Assembly: GCA_050273025.1 (NCBI GenBank)
Contig: CP158635.1
Coordinates: 23,126,001 to 23,190,000 of the forward strand
Source of the DNA: Cenococcum geophilum
Lineage: Eukaryota
Direction: 5' to 3'
DNA length: 64,000 bases
Shown here: in pieces, positions 26,576 to 41,072 of the stretch
How the letters are laid out: each line of letters opens with the position of its first letter
Position numbering within the stretch: the first letter of the stretch is position 1
The notes under the pieces: model-generated
Seen by the model: the letters and a program-made list of their open reading frames with translations, nothing else
Told to the model about the DNA's origin: nothing
The model's database searches: none
Made by a program: the position numbers and the translations under genes

Positions 26576-29500
26576 GTATGTATGTATATATGTATGTATA
26601 TTCTATTATGGCCATGCACTATCTAGGGTATGGGCCGTTATAGAGCGCTAACTAAATACTTCCTGCTATTAACATGCATGCTCCAGTTTAGAAGCCAACT
26701 ATAAGAACTATATATCTATTACCTAATACTATATTTAACTAAGGAAAAAATAAAGAAAAGTAATGTGTTACTATTAGAAGAAAGTTGGAGTTTAGAGGCG
26801 AGCCTAGGTAAGTAGTTTTTGACGCCTTATATCTGCAGGGCTATTTTAGCGTTATGCGCTTCTTAATCGGCGATGTACCAGTAGAGGCATATATAGAGGA
26901 GGCTTACGGTATATTCGGTTAGATAATTGGAGAAGGAATTCTTAAAAGTCTTCGCTTATTAATGTCGGCTTTTATACTCTCTATATCTTATATACTTAGG
27001 TGTAAATATCTAGTCTTTTTTGCAAATTTAATTATAGCTTTAACTACGCTAATGTCTAGCTTCTAGTACTTAATTGGGCCATTAATATTCCTGCCTCCTT
27101 CTTATCTGCGTAAGTAGCCTCCTAATATATATAATAGATCCCCAAATCGATCTCTATACTGCTCTCTTAGTTTAAACCTCTGCTATATCCACCTCCTATA
27201 AGAAAAGAAGAAGTGCTATATTAATTCTGTGAGCCTATAGTTATATAACGCCGTCTCTAATATATTAATTTTGTGGAGATATTCCTTTAGAAATGACTTG
27301 CTGGTCCGTAGCTGTATAAGGATGGTAGCTTTAGAGCTAATTAGCTACTGGTATAATCCTACAGCCTTTTTAAGGTGGAGTGCTGTATTAATCTTCCTTA
27401 TAAACTTGCCTATATTAGATCTTCCTAATAGAAGCGGTCCTATTATTATCTTAGCTTTTTTTAAGGCTTACGTTATAAGGTACTATGGGAGGCCGTCTCT
27501 TTATAGTGGCTTCTCGCTCTTTAGTCTTATTGCTGCTTTGGTAAGCTTGTTAGCCTTCTTATTTCCTATAAATCCTAAATGGCCTGGAATCTAGTATAGC
27601 GTGATATTATTTAGCTAGAGCTTCTTTAAAATCTCTATAACTATTTCTTAACAGGCTCTAGCCCTCCAGCTCTATACTAATAGTAACGCTAATTATAAGT
27701 TGGAGAATATTCTTATACTAAAAGCAGGTATTAGAAAACCTACTTGGTTAACAGCCGTGCACGTAGGGTCCTATGGCTAGTTGGCTGCCTTGCTGATTGC
27801 TAGAAGCTCTATTAGGTAGGCGTTGGCCTACTTAGAGCCCGCCACCATTTTTAAAAGTGTTGCTTTAGATGGCGTAGTATATACGCTAACTCCTGCCCTG
27901 CTATTGCGCACTAATACATTAATGTATATATTAACCTGCTCTGGCTTATAGTCTTTAATAATAGCTTAAGTATGCTCTTCGTCCTTATACATTACTATAT
28001 TAGGCTTAGCCACCTATAGCGGGCATGCATACGGTTTAACCTCTAGCACCCTATTTACCTAGATATTCTCGTATATCTCTGCTATTCTTTAGAGCGGCGA
28101 CTAGTGCTGTTTATAGAGCTTCTGTTTTTAAATTATCTAATAAGGATGTAATTTGCCTAGTTTATAGATTAACACCTAGAACGCGATGGCCTAGTTATAT
28201 AGCCTTTACTTAAGAGGGAGTAAGCTGGCTTTTACCTCCGCTATTAGTAGAGTGACGGTGCGGAACCCCCTAATAATAGCTTATGCCGTAATCCTTTGCG
28301 CCTACTAGAGGAGCTGCTTTAACTCTTATATTATAAGTGGGTACTATATTAGTAATGTATAGTCTGCTACTAGTAGGACCAAGCTCTTAGCTAGCTGCTT
28401 AACGCTCTTAAACTATAGTCCCTTTAATCTGCGCAACGCTAGCGCTACCTTAGTGGCTTTACTTGCCTTATTTGCTAGGTGTGCCTTAAACCATAGCTCC
28501 TTATTAAGAATTACCCTAAGGATTTTAACTTCCTATATCGGGGGGATTCCTTTTCCTTTAAATTGGAGCGGCGTGGTGGTATTCCTGCCTACTTCTTTAT
28601 ATCTAGTAAGGTGGATAAATAACGTTTTCTTTGCTTTAAATTGAGCTCTACTAGTCCTCTCCTATTTCTTAAGTATTGGTATAATCTCGCCCTAGATGAT
28701 TTGCGTGTTTTCCTCCGCTATAGGGCCTATAACCTATGCCGAGTAGTTGTTAATAAAGGCCATAAAGCTACTATTTCTAGGTGCGCTTTATATAAGATCC
28801 GCGTTAAAGAATAGAAAGAGTATTAGGGCTAGTGCTGATTCCTGCGGGAGACCCGCTTATAGGAGCGCCTATACCTCTAATATGTATCTGTTAACTAGGA
28901 TATAGGCTTAACAGTTTATATAAAAGTCCTATACATATTATATAATTGTCTAAAGTATCTATTACTACCGTAATCTCCTAATTTCTGGCTCTATAGCCAT
29001 ATTATTATACATACCCTTAACATTAAATAATACTAGAGATAGCGTCTTCTTTCCTCTTTATATTCTGAATATGTCCTTATAGAGATATAATAGCGTATAT
29101 ATTATTAACCTTTGCTTCCTAGCTCCAAAGTATATCTTAGGTAGTAGGCTGTGTTCCTCTACTAGGTATGCTATCCTCTCCGCTACTAGTAATTTGAGTG
29201 CTTTTTCTAGCGTTAGGAGGAGGGAGATTGGCCTATAGTTGTTTGCTACTGTATAGTCCCCCTACTTTAGCTTCTATAGCGGCATAATCTTTACTACCTT
29301 CTATTCCTATAGTACTTTCCCTATCTTAAGTAATTTGGTAAAGAGAGTGGTAATTTTACCGCTTAATACGGGCTATATCTCTTACTATACCCTAGTTAGT
29401 AGGCCGTCCCTTTTTAAAGCCTTATCTGGGCTAGCCCTAAATATAGCTACCTTAATCTTATGTTTAGTAATAGGCTTCTACGGTAATTGGTTGTAGCTAG

Positions 29501-32284
29501 TTATAGCTTCCTCTTCTTATTCGCACGGCGGCGGGACCGGAAAGAATGCCTAGAGTAGTTCTCTTGTAATATTATAGTTCTCTATAATAACCTTTCCCTA
29601 TCCTCTAGCCTTCTTAATTAGTGGTATTCTAGCGAACGCGGTTATAGCCTGCGGATTAAGGTATTTCGACGCTTTCTATATATTATTACTGTTACTAAGG
29701 AATTCGTCCTAATAGAGCTTCCTATATTGCTAAATAGTCCTATAAAAGAGCTTCTTTACTTTTACTGCGATATTATATAGTTTAGGGTCGTCCCTTCCTT
29801 ACCTCCGCATTATACTATTCCTATTCCTTTAGTATATATATAACTTCCTTAGCGTTATAAGGTCTTCATTCCACCATCTTTTTATATACGGTAATGGCTT
29901 GGCCCGCTAGCAGTGTGCTTTAAGGGCTTTATTAACCCACCTATTAAGGTAGTTAACTATTTTATCTATATCTTTTAAAGGGAATCCTATCTTTTTTTAT
30001 CGCTCTATGTCTTTTTAAATCTTATCCTAATTTGCATTCTTAATAAGTAGCCTCTTCTAGCTCTCCTACGTGTTTATGTTAACCTAGAAGCTAGTGTAGA
30101 TGGCTCTATAGTCTAACCCGTACTTATACTCCTAGATGGCGTACTTTGCTAGTTTACTTACTAGGCCCGGGGTTATAAGTATAAGGTTAATTATTAATAT
30201 TCGCCCCGCGTCGCTCTTAAATATAGGTACTTTTACTAGAAGTAGGCTCTGAAGTAACCGGTCCGTTATAAAGTTAATAATTAGCGCGCTTTCTTCCTGC
30301 GTTAATGTGGTACTAATATAACTTCCTCCCTATAGCGGATTGTGCCGATTAAAGTTACCTATAATTACTACCTTGGTATATAGGTTGCGCAACAGTTTAC
30401 CCTGGATTAGACTATTAATTATCTCTAGCCTGCTAGAGAGCTCCTTTAGGTTCTCTTCCTTGGTTCTCCTTAAATATCTATCTGGAATATATACTAACAT
30501 AATTATAAGTCTCCTTTGGCTGACGTGCGCTACTACCGCTATAATATCTGCTAAATCTACCTATAGCTGTGTAGCTGCTAGCTCTCTAGATGCCTAGATA
30601 TATAACCTAACTAGGGGATACCGCTGCTGCCTGCCTATTAGGATAAACCTTATCTACTTGGGGTTTAAGCTAGCTAGCACTACTTCCCTATCTAAGAGAA
30701 AGTAGTAAGGCTCTTAGCCTAAAATAAAGTAGAAGTCCGCTAGCGCTTTGTTATTATATAGCGTATACTGCGCTTCCCTATACTTCTTTATATTCGCCTA
30801 GAGGATCTAGAGTTCTTTATTTATAGTGCTATTATATAAGAATCCTATTTATCTCTTTCTTATATACTAGGTATTTACGGTATAAGGCTTAGTAAGGACC
30901 CTAGTAGTTTATATAGTGTAGATTAACCATCTTATACTAGAGATAGCCTTCCCGCCTATATATTTTACACGTGTTAGGTCACGTGTAGTCTCTAGCCCTA
31001 TATCCAAATCTTTTGCATTTATAGTATACTATAGGGGTACGTTGCTCCTTAAATGGTGATATAATAATTGCGCCTCCCCTAAATAATACGTTATCTAATA
31101 TAAGCAGCTTCTCTGCATCCTCCTTTATTGCCACTTTAATAATTACTAACACGTACTAGCCGCGCGGCCTTAGTTGTCCCAGCTATCTTATTATACATAC
31201 CTTTACACTATTCTCTACCCTAAAGCGCTCCATGGCTAACTTACTTACTTTTCCGCTGTTAATATTTATTACTAAAGGTACTTTAACCTAGTCTGCTTTA
31301 ACCGTATACTACTTAGGTCCAATAAACCTTACGCTAGAGATATGCGGTTTAAGCTATTAAGCAGTCGTCTGCCTAAATACAGCTTTTTTATCTTTTTCCA
31401 CTGAGAATCTAATAATGCTCACGCTATTGCTTATTCGCTATACGCGGAAGTCCTTAAGTATAGCTCCCGTAAGCCCCTTAACATCCTTTATACCTTACGC
31501 AATGGTTTACTTTACTACTTTAGTAGTAACTACCCTCTCTGTTACTTCTGAACCTGCTTAGCTAACGTCTATTACTAGCTACTAATTGGGTTCCTTAGGG
31601 TTCCTGGCGCTTGTTATTTATAGTAAGGTTATCTCTAACCCTATTATACCTCTACTAGCCGCTACTAATGCCTATAATTGTGTTAGAGCTAAGGGAGTGT
31701 TTAGTTGTACTTATAAGGACCAGATGGCCTTTTAGAGTTTGGTATTTTGCTTTTTAAGGCTTTACTATTCCGATTTAATGTCTATAAGGTTATTTTTAAT
31801 GCTCTTAATAATACTATTCTAGTTTGTAATAATATTGCTCTATTATACTATAGTTTCTTTAAGGCTTTTAATAAGTTGATAAAATTTATTATAGTTAATA
31901 CCTTCCCCTTTATATTTAGGTAAGGTAAAGACTCTTACTATAGGGAATAGAGGCAGTATATGCTGTGTAGCTTATAGTCTAGTTTGTAGTGCGGTTGTCT
32001 GCTGTTTAAACTATGCTAATATTTAGGCTTGTGTCCTTAGCGACTGCTAGGCCTCTTATACCTTCGCGCTTGGTTTCTTTATACGTCTTAGTGGAGCTGC
32101 TGGTGGGTCTAGAGGTGGTGTTGCTAATACGCGTTTAGGGGTTAAAGTAGCCATTAGGGCTCTAGGGCTTCGTTTGGTGGGCCGTAGGGGCCGCCTTATA
32201 GTGGGAACTAGCTAAATAAAAGACTAGGATTTGATTAAAAGAATGTCTAAGATCTTATAGCCTACGTATCTAGCTATAGGGTTT
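26576..32284 (-). mobile_element. Probably full-length Tad1-like LINE (5.7 kb; RIP-inactivated)
   Basis: 12-bp TSD GGAAGCTTGTAC at 26564-26575 and 32285-32296; (ACAT)n tail. ORF2 relics: APE, YRPISLL, GLPQ.S...ILFLFFNADL, AFVDD, and RNase H WIPGH...GNEKAD. ORF1 has Cys/His knuckle relics. Confidence 0.93.
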
Positions 32285-32429
32285 GGAAGCTTGTACAAGG
32301 GTGTGGCCGGAGCGGGTCAGCTATTTTCCCTACTAGTGGTGGCAACATCTAGGTGCCGAATCGCTTTTATTACCGTTATATATCCCTTATAAGCATGCTT
32401 ACGTAGCTTGACCCGTCCTGTATTTGCAC

Positions 32430-35400
32430 TGACGATGGTACTAGAAGAGTCCTCCATGTTTATTACCTGCTTACATAAGCAGATTCCCTTTAGTTCCTTT
32501 TTAGACGACGTCCGTAAGCAACCACTTATAACTCTGTAGGTATAGGCCTATATAAAGGCCTATATTCATTATAGATATATTTAATAGATTTATTTATTCT
32601 TTTATCCTTAGATCTAGTTTATTAGGTTATAAGCACTTGTTACTACTAAGCTGCGACGTTAGAAGATTAATACCTTACTATAGGCTATATAAAGGGTTAT
32701 TACACCCATGCTAGGTCATATCTTACTGCTCTATATTTAACGCCTTACTATAGGCCGTATTAAGGGTTACCACACCTGCGTATAAAGTTATTCCTTATTA
32801 TTAAAATTACGCGTTAAAATCGTTTGTTTACGCGTTTAAAAATCCTTTTATTTACGCATTAAATTTATTTATTTACGCGTTGCTATAGGTAAAGACTATC
32901 TAGGCATTTAACGCCTTAAGAAAGATGGTTTAAATTAGTATTAATATTGGATACAGCTTAGCACGTACCTACGTGGTAAGGGCCTTCTATATATTATTTA
33001 AGAAGATGCGGCCCTACTCTACCTAAAGCTTTAGAAAGAAAAACCTATAATATCTATTAATTAAGTACTAAAGGACGCCGGCAAGGAGGAGCGAGATAAG
33101 ATCCTTAAGAGGTCTTAAATTATTACGGATACTAATAACTTAATCCGCTTAACTAATAAAGCACTCTCTAATAAGTACTAAAAGGAGTTTAAATAGTTTA
33201 ATAAGGACGACGGTAAAGTCTATTTAGTTATCTTTGGTATAATTAATAATAAGATCCTTACTGCCTTAGAGCATAAGTAGATGGTAAAGGACTATATTAA
33301 TTACCTTAAGTAGACGTTTAAGGCCCGTGGCTTAATCTATAAGGCTAATATATAGAAGACTTTTATTAAGCTCCGCTTTTAATTAAACTAAGTAGTTATT
33401 ACTTTCTTAAGCCGTTACTAAGAAGCGGTTTAAGGAGTTAAGTAGGTAAAGCTTACCCTAGATAACAAGATCATTAACTATTAATTTATTAACGCCGTTG
33501 ATAAATACTTCCTTATATAGGCTCAAATCTAACGTAATAAGATTCGCGACGGCTATATAATTTTACTACCCTAATTAATCGCTGACCTTACTAACGAGGC
33601 CTGGCGGAAGAACTTACCTAAGAGCTTTGCCTTAGTCAATAAGCCACTAGGTGACTTATATTTAAATAAGTAGTCCGGTTAAGGACGCGGCAATAGTTAT
33701 AGTTATAGTAATAGTCGCGGCGGAGGCAGGGGAGCCGGTTATAGTGCCTTATTAGGTAATTAAGGCTCTGCTAAGGATACTTTAAATAAGTATAGGTGGT
33801 GCAAGCAAGGTTATCTAGGTAGTAAGGAGGGCTACTAAATAAAGCACGCCCACCTAAGGCCTAAATAGTGGAGACCTAGAGAAAGGTAACCTTAGCGCTT
33901 AGGTAATAAAGTAGCCTTAAATATAAATAAGGCCTCTAAGGGGACATCTAATCGCCTATTTTAAGCTACCAATTCGGTAACTAGATTAATCTTTGCTATA
34001 TAGGTTATTAGGCCAGCAGCTATAGCTTTAGGAATAAATATTAAGAACTTCTAAATAGCCAATAGTTGCTTAAATATTTATATATATAATGATATTAGGA
34101 GGTTTATATAATATAAGGAAATTAAACCTATTTAAATCCAGACGGGAGGAGGCCTAATGAAGGCTATTAGCGTTAGATTAGTTAAGCTTACAGTCGCCCG
34201 AACTAACCACTCTACCTATATAATTATATTTACTAAAGTATATCACTATCCTGACTTCTTTATAAATATTATCTCGCTTAGCATTCTATAAGGGAAGAAA
34301 GCCTTCTTTAACAGTCTCTATAATACAATTAACTTTATTAAAGATTGGGTAGAAATAGCCTACACCCTATATATTAACGGACTTAATATGTTTATACTAG
34401 TAGACAACCCTACAGAGGTTCCTTTTACAATAGCTCTGGCTACTATATAATCGCGCCTTTATAAGAAAGGCGTGCTTACTAAAGCTACTATAAAGACTTA
34501 GTACAAAAGACTATAACACCTTCCTCCTAATTAAATACGTCTCCTCACCAGGAGTATAAAGGGGATTGTAGTTACTAAGGATAAGCCATTTTACTGCGAG
34601 GACTGTTACCTTAGAAAGGCTAAGAAACAAATATTAAGACGCCCTTAATGACGTAGCAATTGTATATTTAAAAAGGTGCATATTAACGTAGTTAGGCCAT
34701 TAAAACACAAAGGTCTCTACGGTAAGAAGTACTAGGTATTATTTACTAATAACTAAACACGCTTTAGATAGATCTACTATATATTAAATAGAGGCTCTAT
34801 AGCCTCTACCTTAAAGCAGTTTATCTATATAATTAAGACTTAAATAGGGATAACGATTAGTTACTTCTAATTAGATGGAGCTGCTAAGTAGTTTAGTAAG
34901 GACTTAACTAATTTCTTTAAGGACGAGGGTATACTTACTAAGGTCTCTACCCTATATACCATATACTAGAACGGAATAGTAAAGAAGGCTAACTACCTAG
35001 TTAAAGAAAGGGTTAGGGTGATGTTAATTAAGACTTAATTATTACTAAAGCTCTAGCCTAAAGTTGCTAAGGTAGCCGTATATAGGCTTAATATGTTACC
35101 TATATTAGTTAATAAGGATAAAGCTCCGCCCGCTTAAGTAATAGCTTACGCCCTAGGTAATACTAACTCTATAATTATATACAATAACTAAAAGATTTAT
35201 GGCTGTCCCGCCTACGTCTATATTAGTAAAAAAGACCCTTAACGGTAATAGGGTAATAAGTTCGTTATAAGGGCTTAGAAGGGATAATTAGTTGGCTATA
35301 AAGGCTTATATATATATCGCGTCTATCTACCTTATAAGAATAGGGTTATTTGATTAAGTAGCGTCACCTTTAATAAATTAGGAACCTTTCTCACTATACT

Positions 35401-38097
35401 AATTAGTAAAGAAGAAGGTGGCGATAATAATATCTACTGGATATTACTTAAAGAACTTCCTACTAAAGACACTATACTAGAGGTCTCTTAGTTACTACAG
35501 AAAGGAAGTAAAGTCTCTCGGTTACTATAGGAGGTAGATAAGGTCTCTCAGGCCTTGTAGTTGGGGGGTGACTTTTAGTCGGGGGGTACCTCTGATGATT
35601 ACGATATCGCACCCCAGCCTAATTAACCTCCCCTTACTGATGACGAATAGGCAGGCCTTGACTAGCAAGAGCTACCTAATCTAGGAGGACACCTCTATAA
35701 GGAAACGACTCCCCTAAGGGATATTTACTAGGAGAATCTAGAATAGATTCTAACTAAGTACTTAGAGGAAGAAGTTAAGATTGATATATATAATACGGTA
35801 AATACACGTATATAATTAAAGCCACGGCTTAACTATAGCGTACTCTATAGAACCGGAAGGAAGGAGCTAGCTATAAAGGCTACCTACCTTACCCCGTCCT
35901 TCGCCTATATATTTACAAGTGCTCTATCGCAGCCTTAGTAAATAAGGATAACTAAAGAACTACCTCCGGAGCCACAGAACTAAAAGGAAGCCATAAATTT
36001 AATATTTAAGAGGGAGTGGAAGGCTGCGGCGGATAAGGAATAGAAGTCTTAAATAGTTAATAACTTATTTAAGATTATTAAACTTCTACCCAGAGCTAAG
36101 GCTCTACCTATTAAATAGGTCTTTACGTATAAATTTAATAAGAACAACGTCCTATTTAAATAAAAAGCACGGCTAGTATTATGCGGTAATAAGCAGCGCC
36201 TAGGGATTAACTATAGTAATACGTTTATAGGCGTCGTTCAACCTAGTATATTTAAGCTACTAATGGCCCTAGTTGCCGTATATAATCTAGAGTACAAACA
36301 CTTAGATGTAATTACGGCCTTCCTTAATAGGAAGCTTAACCATAAAAACATCTACATTTAGCTACTAGAAGGATACCGCCAGTATTAGAAGGACGGCGTT
36401 GTTTTTATAGGCCTACTGCTTAAGGCTCTCTACGGTCTTAAGTAGGTGCTATATCTTTAGTATAAGGAGCTTAAGAGCTTCCTTATTACCCTTAAATATA
36501 TACTAATTCTAGCTAACCTATGCGTCTTTGTTAGCTAATAAAGCGGCTAAATTATTATCGTCTATATTAATAATCTTATCTTAATTGGATAAAACACACA
36601 AACAATTAAACTGCTTAAAGAAGTACTTAGGAATAAGTACAAAGTAAGAGACTTAGGCCTAATTATATACTACCTAGGTATTCAAATTATAAGGAACTAA
36701 TAGGCGCGCTTAATTCAACTAGTATAAGACGCCTATATTAGGAAGATCCTATATACATTTTATATAGACGATTACGCACCAGCCTCTATACTAATTTACC
36801 TCTCTGCGGTAGACTTTAAGCTATATAAAGATTAAGCTCCGCCGGAGCTAATAAAACGGTATTAATTACTAATAGGCTTTCTACTTTATCTATATAATTA
36901 GACTCGGCCTAATGTGGCCTAAGCTATAGGAAAGCTCTATTAATTCCTATATAACCCTGCCGAACTATATATAGAAGCCGTAATGCAGATACTCGCCTAC
37001 TATATAGGAACAATCGACTTAGGTATAGAGTTTGGCTTCCCCCAAGGGCAACAACTACCTCCAAAAGCCTTCACTAAGGCATTAGTTACGGACTATACTA
37101 CCCCTAATTACAATAGGGAATATAGCGGAAGCCCACTAAGTGATATACCTGACCTATAGCTATATAGCTATAGCAATGCAGCGTTTATAGATGCAGTTAA
37201 TAGGAAGTTAACTTCCGGCTATATCTATAAGCTAGCAGGTGGCCCAGTTTCACACAAATCAAGTAAGCAGTTAATTCTTACAACCTTAACTATGGAGGCT
37301 AAGTATATAGCGATAACGCATGCGGCCAAGGAAGCCTTATAGCTCCGTTAATTGCTTACTAACTTAGGCTATACTAGAAAGAATCTACTACCGATACATT
37401 TATATGGCGATAATTAACCAGCCATTAGCCTTGCTAAAAGCAACAACTACTACACGCGCACTAAGCACTTTAAGCTATACTAGCACTATATTTATAACAA
37501 GGTTTAAAGCGGCGTAATTCACCTACAGCACGTTCCTATAAGCAGCATAGTAGCAGACGGTCTTATAAAGCCACTATTAACGGCTTAGTTTAAGAACTTC
37601 GTTAAGCAGCTAGGCCTCGTTTAATGCGATATAGACACTAAACCTAAGTAGGAAATCATACACAGGTCAGCAAAACCTCGGAGGGTATGCCATTTGACGA
37701 TTTTAACCCACGCTAACAACTTTTAAATAGGGGATGAGAACAATATAGAGCTCAAGACGGGTGATTAATTATAGCTTAGGGAGAGGTTAAATAGGACCTA
37801 TAATACACTCAGAGGATTACGAGGTGTTTCTTTTATATATTATTAAGTTCAACACTAATTTAGGAAGGATCTGCTTCTGTTTTGGTGGAGTACTAGGGGG
37901 TGTAACGATGGTGCTGGAAGAGTCCTCCACGTTCGTTGCCTGCTTATATAAGCAGATTCCCTTTGGTTCCTTTTTGGACGACGTCCGTAAGCAACCACTT
38001 ATGACTCCGTAGGTATAGGCCTATATAAAGGCCTATATTCGTCGTAGATAGATTCGATAGATTCATTCATTCTTTTATCCTCAGATCCAGTTCATCA
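32430..38097 (+). mobile_element. Full-length Ty1/Copia retrotransposon (RIP-inactivated)
   Basis: 195-bp LTRs at 32430-32624 and 37903-38097; TSD TGCAC; ggttat(a/g)agc PBS. Order gag-PR-IN-RT (KARLV, YVDD)-RH (STMEAEY, YGDNQ, ADGLTKP). Confidence 0.95.
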
Positions 38098-38324
38098 TGC
38101 ACTAGCTTTAGATTATTATTTTTTGGTCTACCGATGAGGCTGCAGTATGCTGGCTCTGCAGAAGTTCATAAGCCAGTCTCTACCGTGAGCATACGATCAT
38201 GAGACTTGCTTAAGGGACACCATGACTGCATCGACACCATGCCATCCAAGAGACGCTCTAGTCCATGGAGGAGCCGTCCCTGACAAGATTAGAACCTTGT
38301 CGACGCACAATCCTAGAGACATCA

Positions 38325-41072
38325 CTACCCCCCTTGCCAACTGGATACTCTGATGTAAGTCGCCCGCGGAGTATTCATATTTGAAAACCACCCGGCCTGT
38401 ACATCAAAACTTGTCGGACACATAGGAGAGTTGCAGAGAAATCTCCCACACTCGCAGTATTCTTCCATCATGTCTTCTGTAATAAGCCTAACACAGGCTC
38501 CTTCCCCAGACTCGAGGCTCTGCAGCAAGTCTTCCATGTCGAAAATTTCCGAAACCCATGAGTCACATTTATCTTGGCGACGATATGTCAACATTTCCGT
38601 TTGGACAGCGGCCCACAGCTTTGCAAGGTCACGATTCATGCCGAATACACTCTTCTCCTGGCCCCATTTAAAGTTCTCTTCCATACCAATTTCTTCCTCG
38701 GAGTGTAGCACTGAGCAGGGGAGATGAAGATTCTAAGGGCTCGAAGCAAAGGTTGATGTTTCCGAAGGAGTTTCCAAGGCTTCCTGTAAGCATATATCTT
38801 GCATTATGGAGTTAATGGTCCCGTCTTGTGTCCGGTCGCACCCGAGTATCCATTCTAATTCAGCGTGTGCCAAGACCCAGTAGCATATGCGCCACCCAGT
38901 TACAAGCTTTGGCGACCAACTAGTGGAAAATTGAGCAAGTATCCTTTCCGTAAGCCTGGATGGTGTTAACGGCTTATGTGAGCATTGGTCGTCGTTGTAT
39001 ATGTCGTTCAATAGCGCGTCAGATATCTCTGCAGTCTTGGAAGGGTCAACATGATTTACCAGGAGGCACAGAAGACAGGCAAGAATTCCAAATAAATCTT
39101 CATCATCTTTACCGTAAAGAGAGAGCTGCAGCGCAACTAACATGAGCGTATGCAATGGAAGGAGGTCAAGTCGCCTTCCGCAGTGGCCACAAATTCTCCG
39201 AAATAGCCCGCTGGGGTAATCTCGCGGGGGGACACTAAAGAAGCAAGAAAAACTGATAGAGTGGCATATTGCTAATGCCGATGTGTGGCAAAACTTGTGC
39301 TTCCATTCAAACGGGATGGTTTGTTTCCCAGTGGCGTATAAAGCCCGAATGCATTCAGAATCGGCAGCCCACCGGCCACATATATCGATGTCCTCTCCAG
39401 GAAAGCGGATTTGGCCCTTAAGCGCTGGATCAACTATTCCGGGGTCGCAAGCAGAGTGAGATCGAAGGATAGTCATCATGAGCGCATCCAAAACCGTGTC
39501 CCAGGTCGTTGACGTAACAGTCTCCCAAGATGTGGTCTATTTCGTTCACCAAGCAGTCGAAAACCAAGCAGCATCCCACGGCTCCATCTAAATATGTTGC
39601 AGCTAAGTGCAACGGGAATATTTCATCAATGCAGACTTTGGACTCTTCAGCTTCTTCGAAGAGATTACATAGCAGTGGTCTATTGCCGCTCATGATTGCA
39701 ATCCGAACGGATTCGATAAGGAATTGCTCTGGAACTCCCCGACCTTCTTTGGCGACATAAGCGATGGAAATAGGTAGCGACGTTTGCATTAGATTGCTAA
39801 ATGAATTGGATTGGAGATTTCGGATGAGTTTCTCGGGAAATGGGCCAACTGCAGCTGACTCCTCGGCTGTCCACGCATGTTCCTCCGTATAGACTTTCAA
39901 GAATTTATCCCATTCATGAATAGACCAGAAGCATATCCTAGACGGCTTCAATCTTGAGTTCGCATTCAACCCAAGGATGACCTTATCAGGATCTGTGTCC
40001 GGACGACAGTCTTCATCGTTTCTAGCATCATCCTGCAAGGGGTCCAAGTCCATGGGATCATCTCCAAGAGTGGAAGGTGAACTTTTGGAATGTGCAGGTG
40101 GGATGTCAGTATGCCCAATTAAATCTTGCGTCCATTCTTTTGGTCCACGACCCCAGTATTTGGCAGTTTTATATGCGTGGAGCCAAAATTGATGCACCCA
40201 AGAGCTCATGGTTCTGGAATGCATTAGCGACATTAACACTTAAACTCTTGGGTCAGCGTACTGTCTTTCCACTCTATTCATGGACTGGAGGAGACTGTTA
40301 TAATCCCCAGCCACGAAAAGACGACCCCGATCTGTGGCAATTTTCCGTTGGACCGCAGACATGAGAGAAAGTGGCAGCTGTTGCGGAGACGTAGGCGTTT
40401 CTGGTGGCGGAGTTCCATTGGGAGATGGTGTGGTTATCCATCCGTCTTTCTGTGGAGCAAAGATCGGGCTTTGATCCGATCTTTGTGTCCAACTGAGGGG
40501 ACCCCATGGAGTGCACCATGACATAAATCTTATATAAGTGGTCAGCATCTGCTGAGATTTTAAAATAGCACTTACAATCGAACAAAAGGTACTCCATTTC
40601 CTGACGTGTGAGATTGCATATCCACTGTTTGGGAAGGTGCGATAGCCAGACGCGGAGCACGAGTTCTTAGTTTAAGATGACGGATCAGTTTCCTCGCCGT
40701 GATTCCATCGTAGGTTATGGGTGCGCTCGGCTTCCCCTGCAACGTCTTTTGGATGGACGCTATCATTTCTTCCTTCTGTCGAACCGTTAGGCGTTTCTTA
40801 AGGGCCCATTTCTTGTTGATGTGGTATTTGTATTGAGCATCTCTTGAAAGATTAAACACATCAGTACTTTAAACGTTCCACAAATAAAAAAAGGAATCCT
40901 CGTACGTCGCATAAAATCTAACTTGCTCCCTCAGGGTCTTCGCAATCTGCGGGATCGTCTCCCGTTTCTCGATGAAAAGATGCTCAATGACATGCCTTAG
41001 AATCTCCCACTTAGCTGCATAAGGCTTGCCGCTAAGCTCTTCTTGAAGGCGTTCAAAGGTGTGTCGGTCCAT
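38325..41072 (-). pseudogene. Clr5-domain-containing gene with a frameshift (~39496) and an in-frame TAG (38733-38735); three introns in the 5' part
   Basis: N-terminal KWEILRHVIEHLFI...FYAT.AQYKYH..KWALKK fits the Clr5 domain. Downstream ORFs join via GT-AG introns; LWAAVQTEMLTYRR near the C-terminus. Confidence 0.78.

Noticed and set aside
32150..32284. Searched the 5' end of the full-length LINE for a second HDV-like fold
   Set aside because: No P1/P3/P2 arrangement found by eye, although RIP may obscure one.
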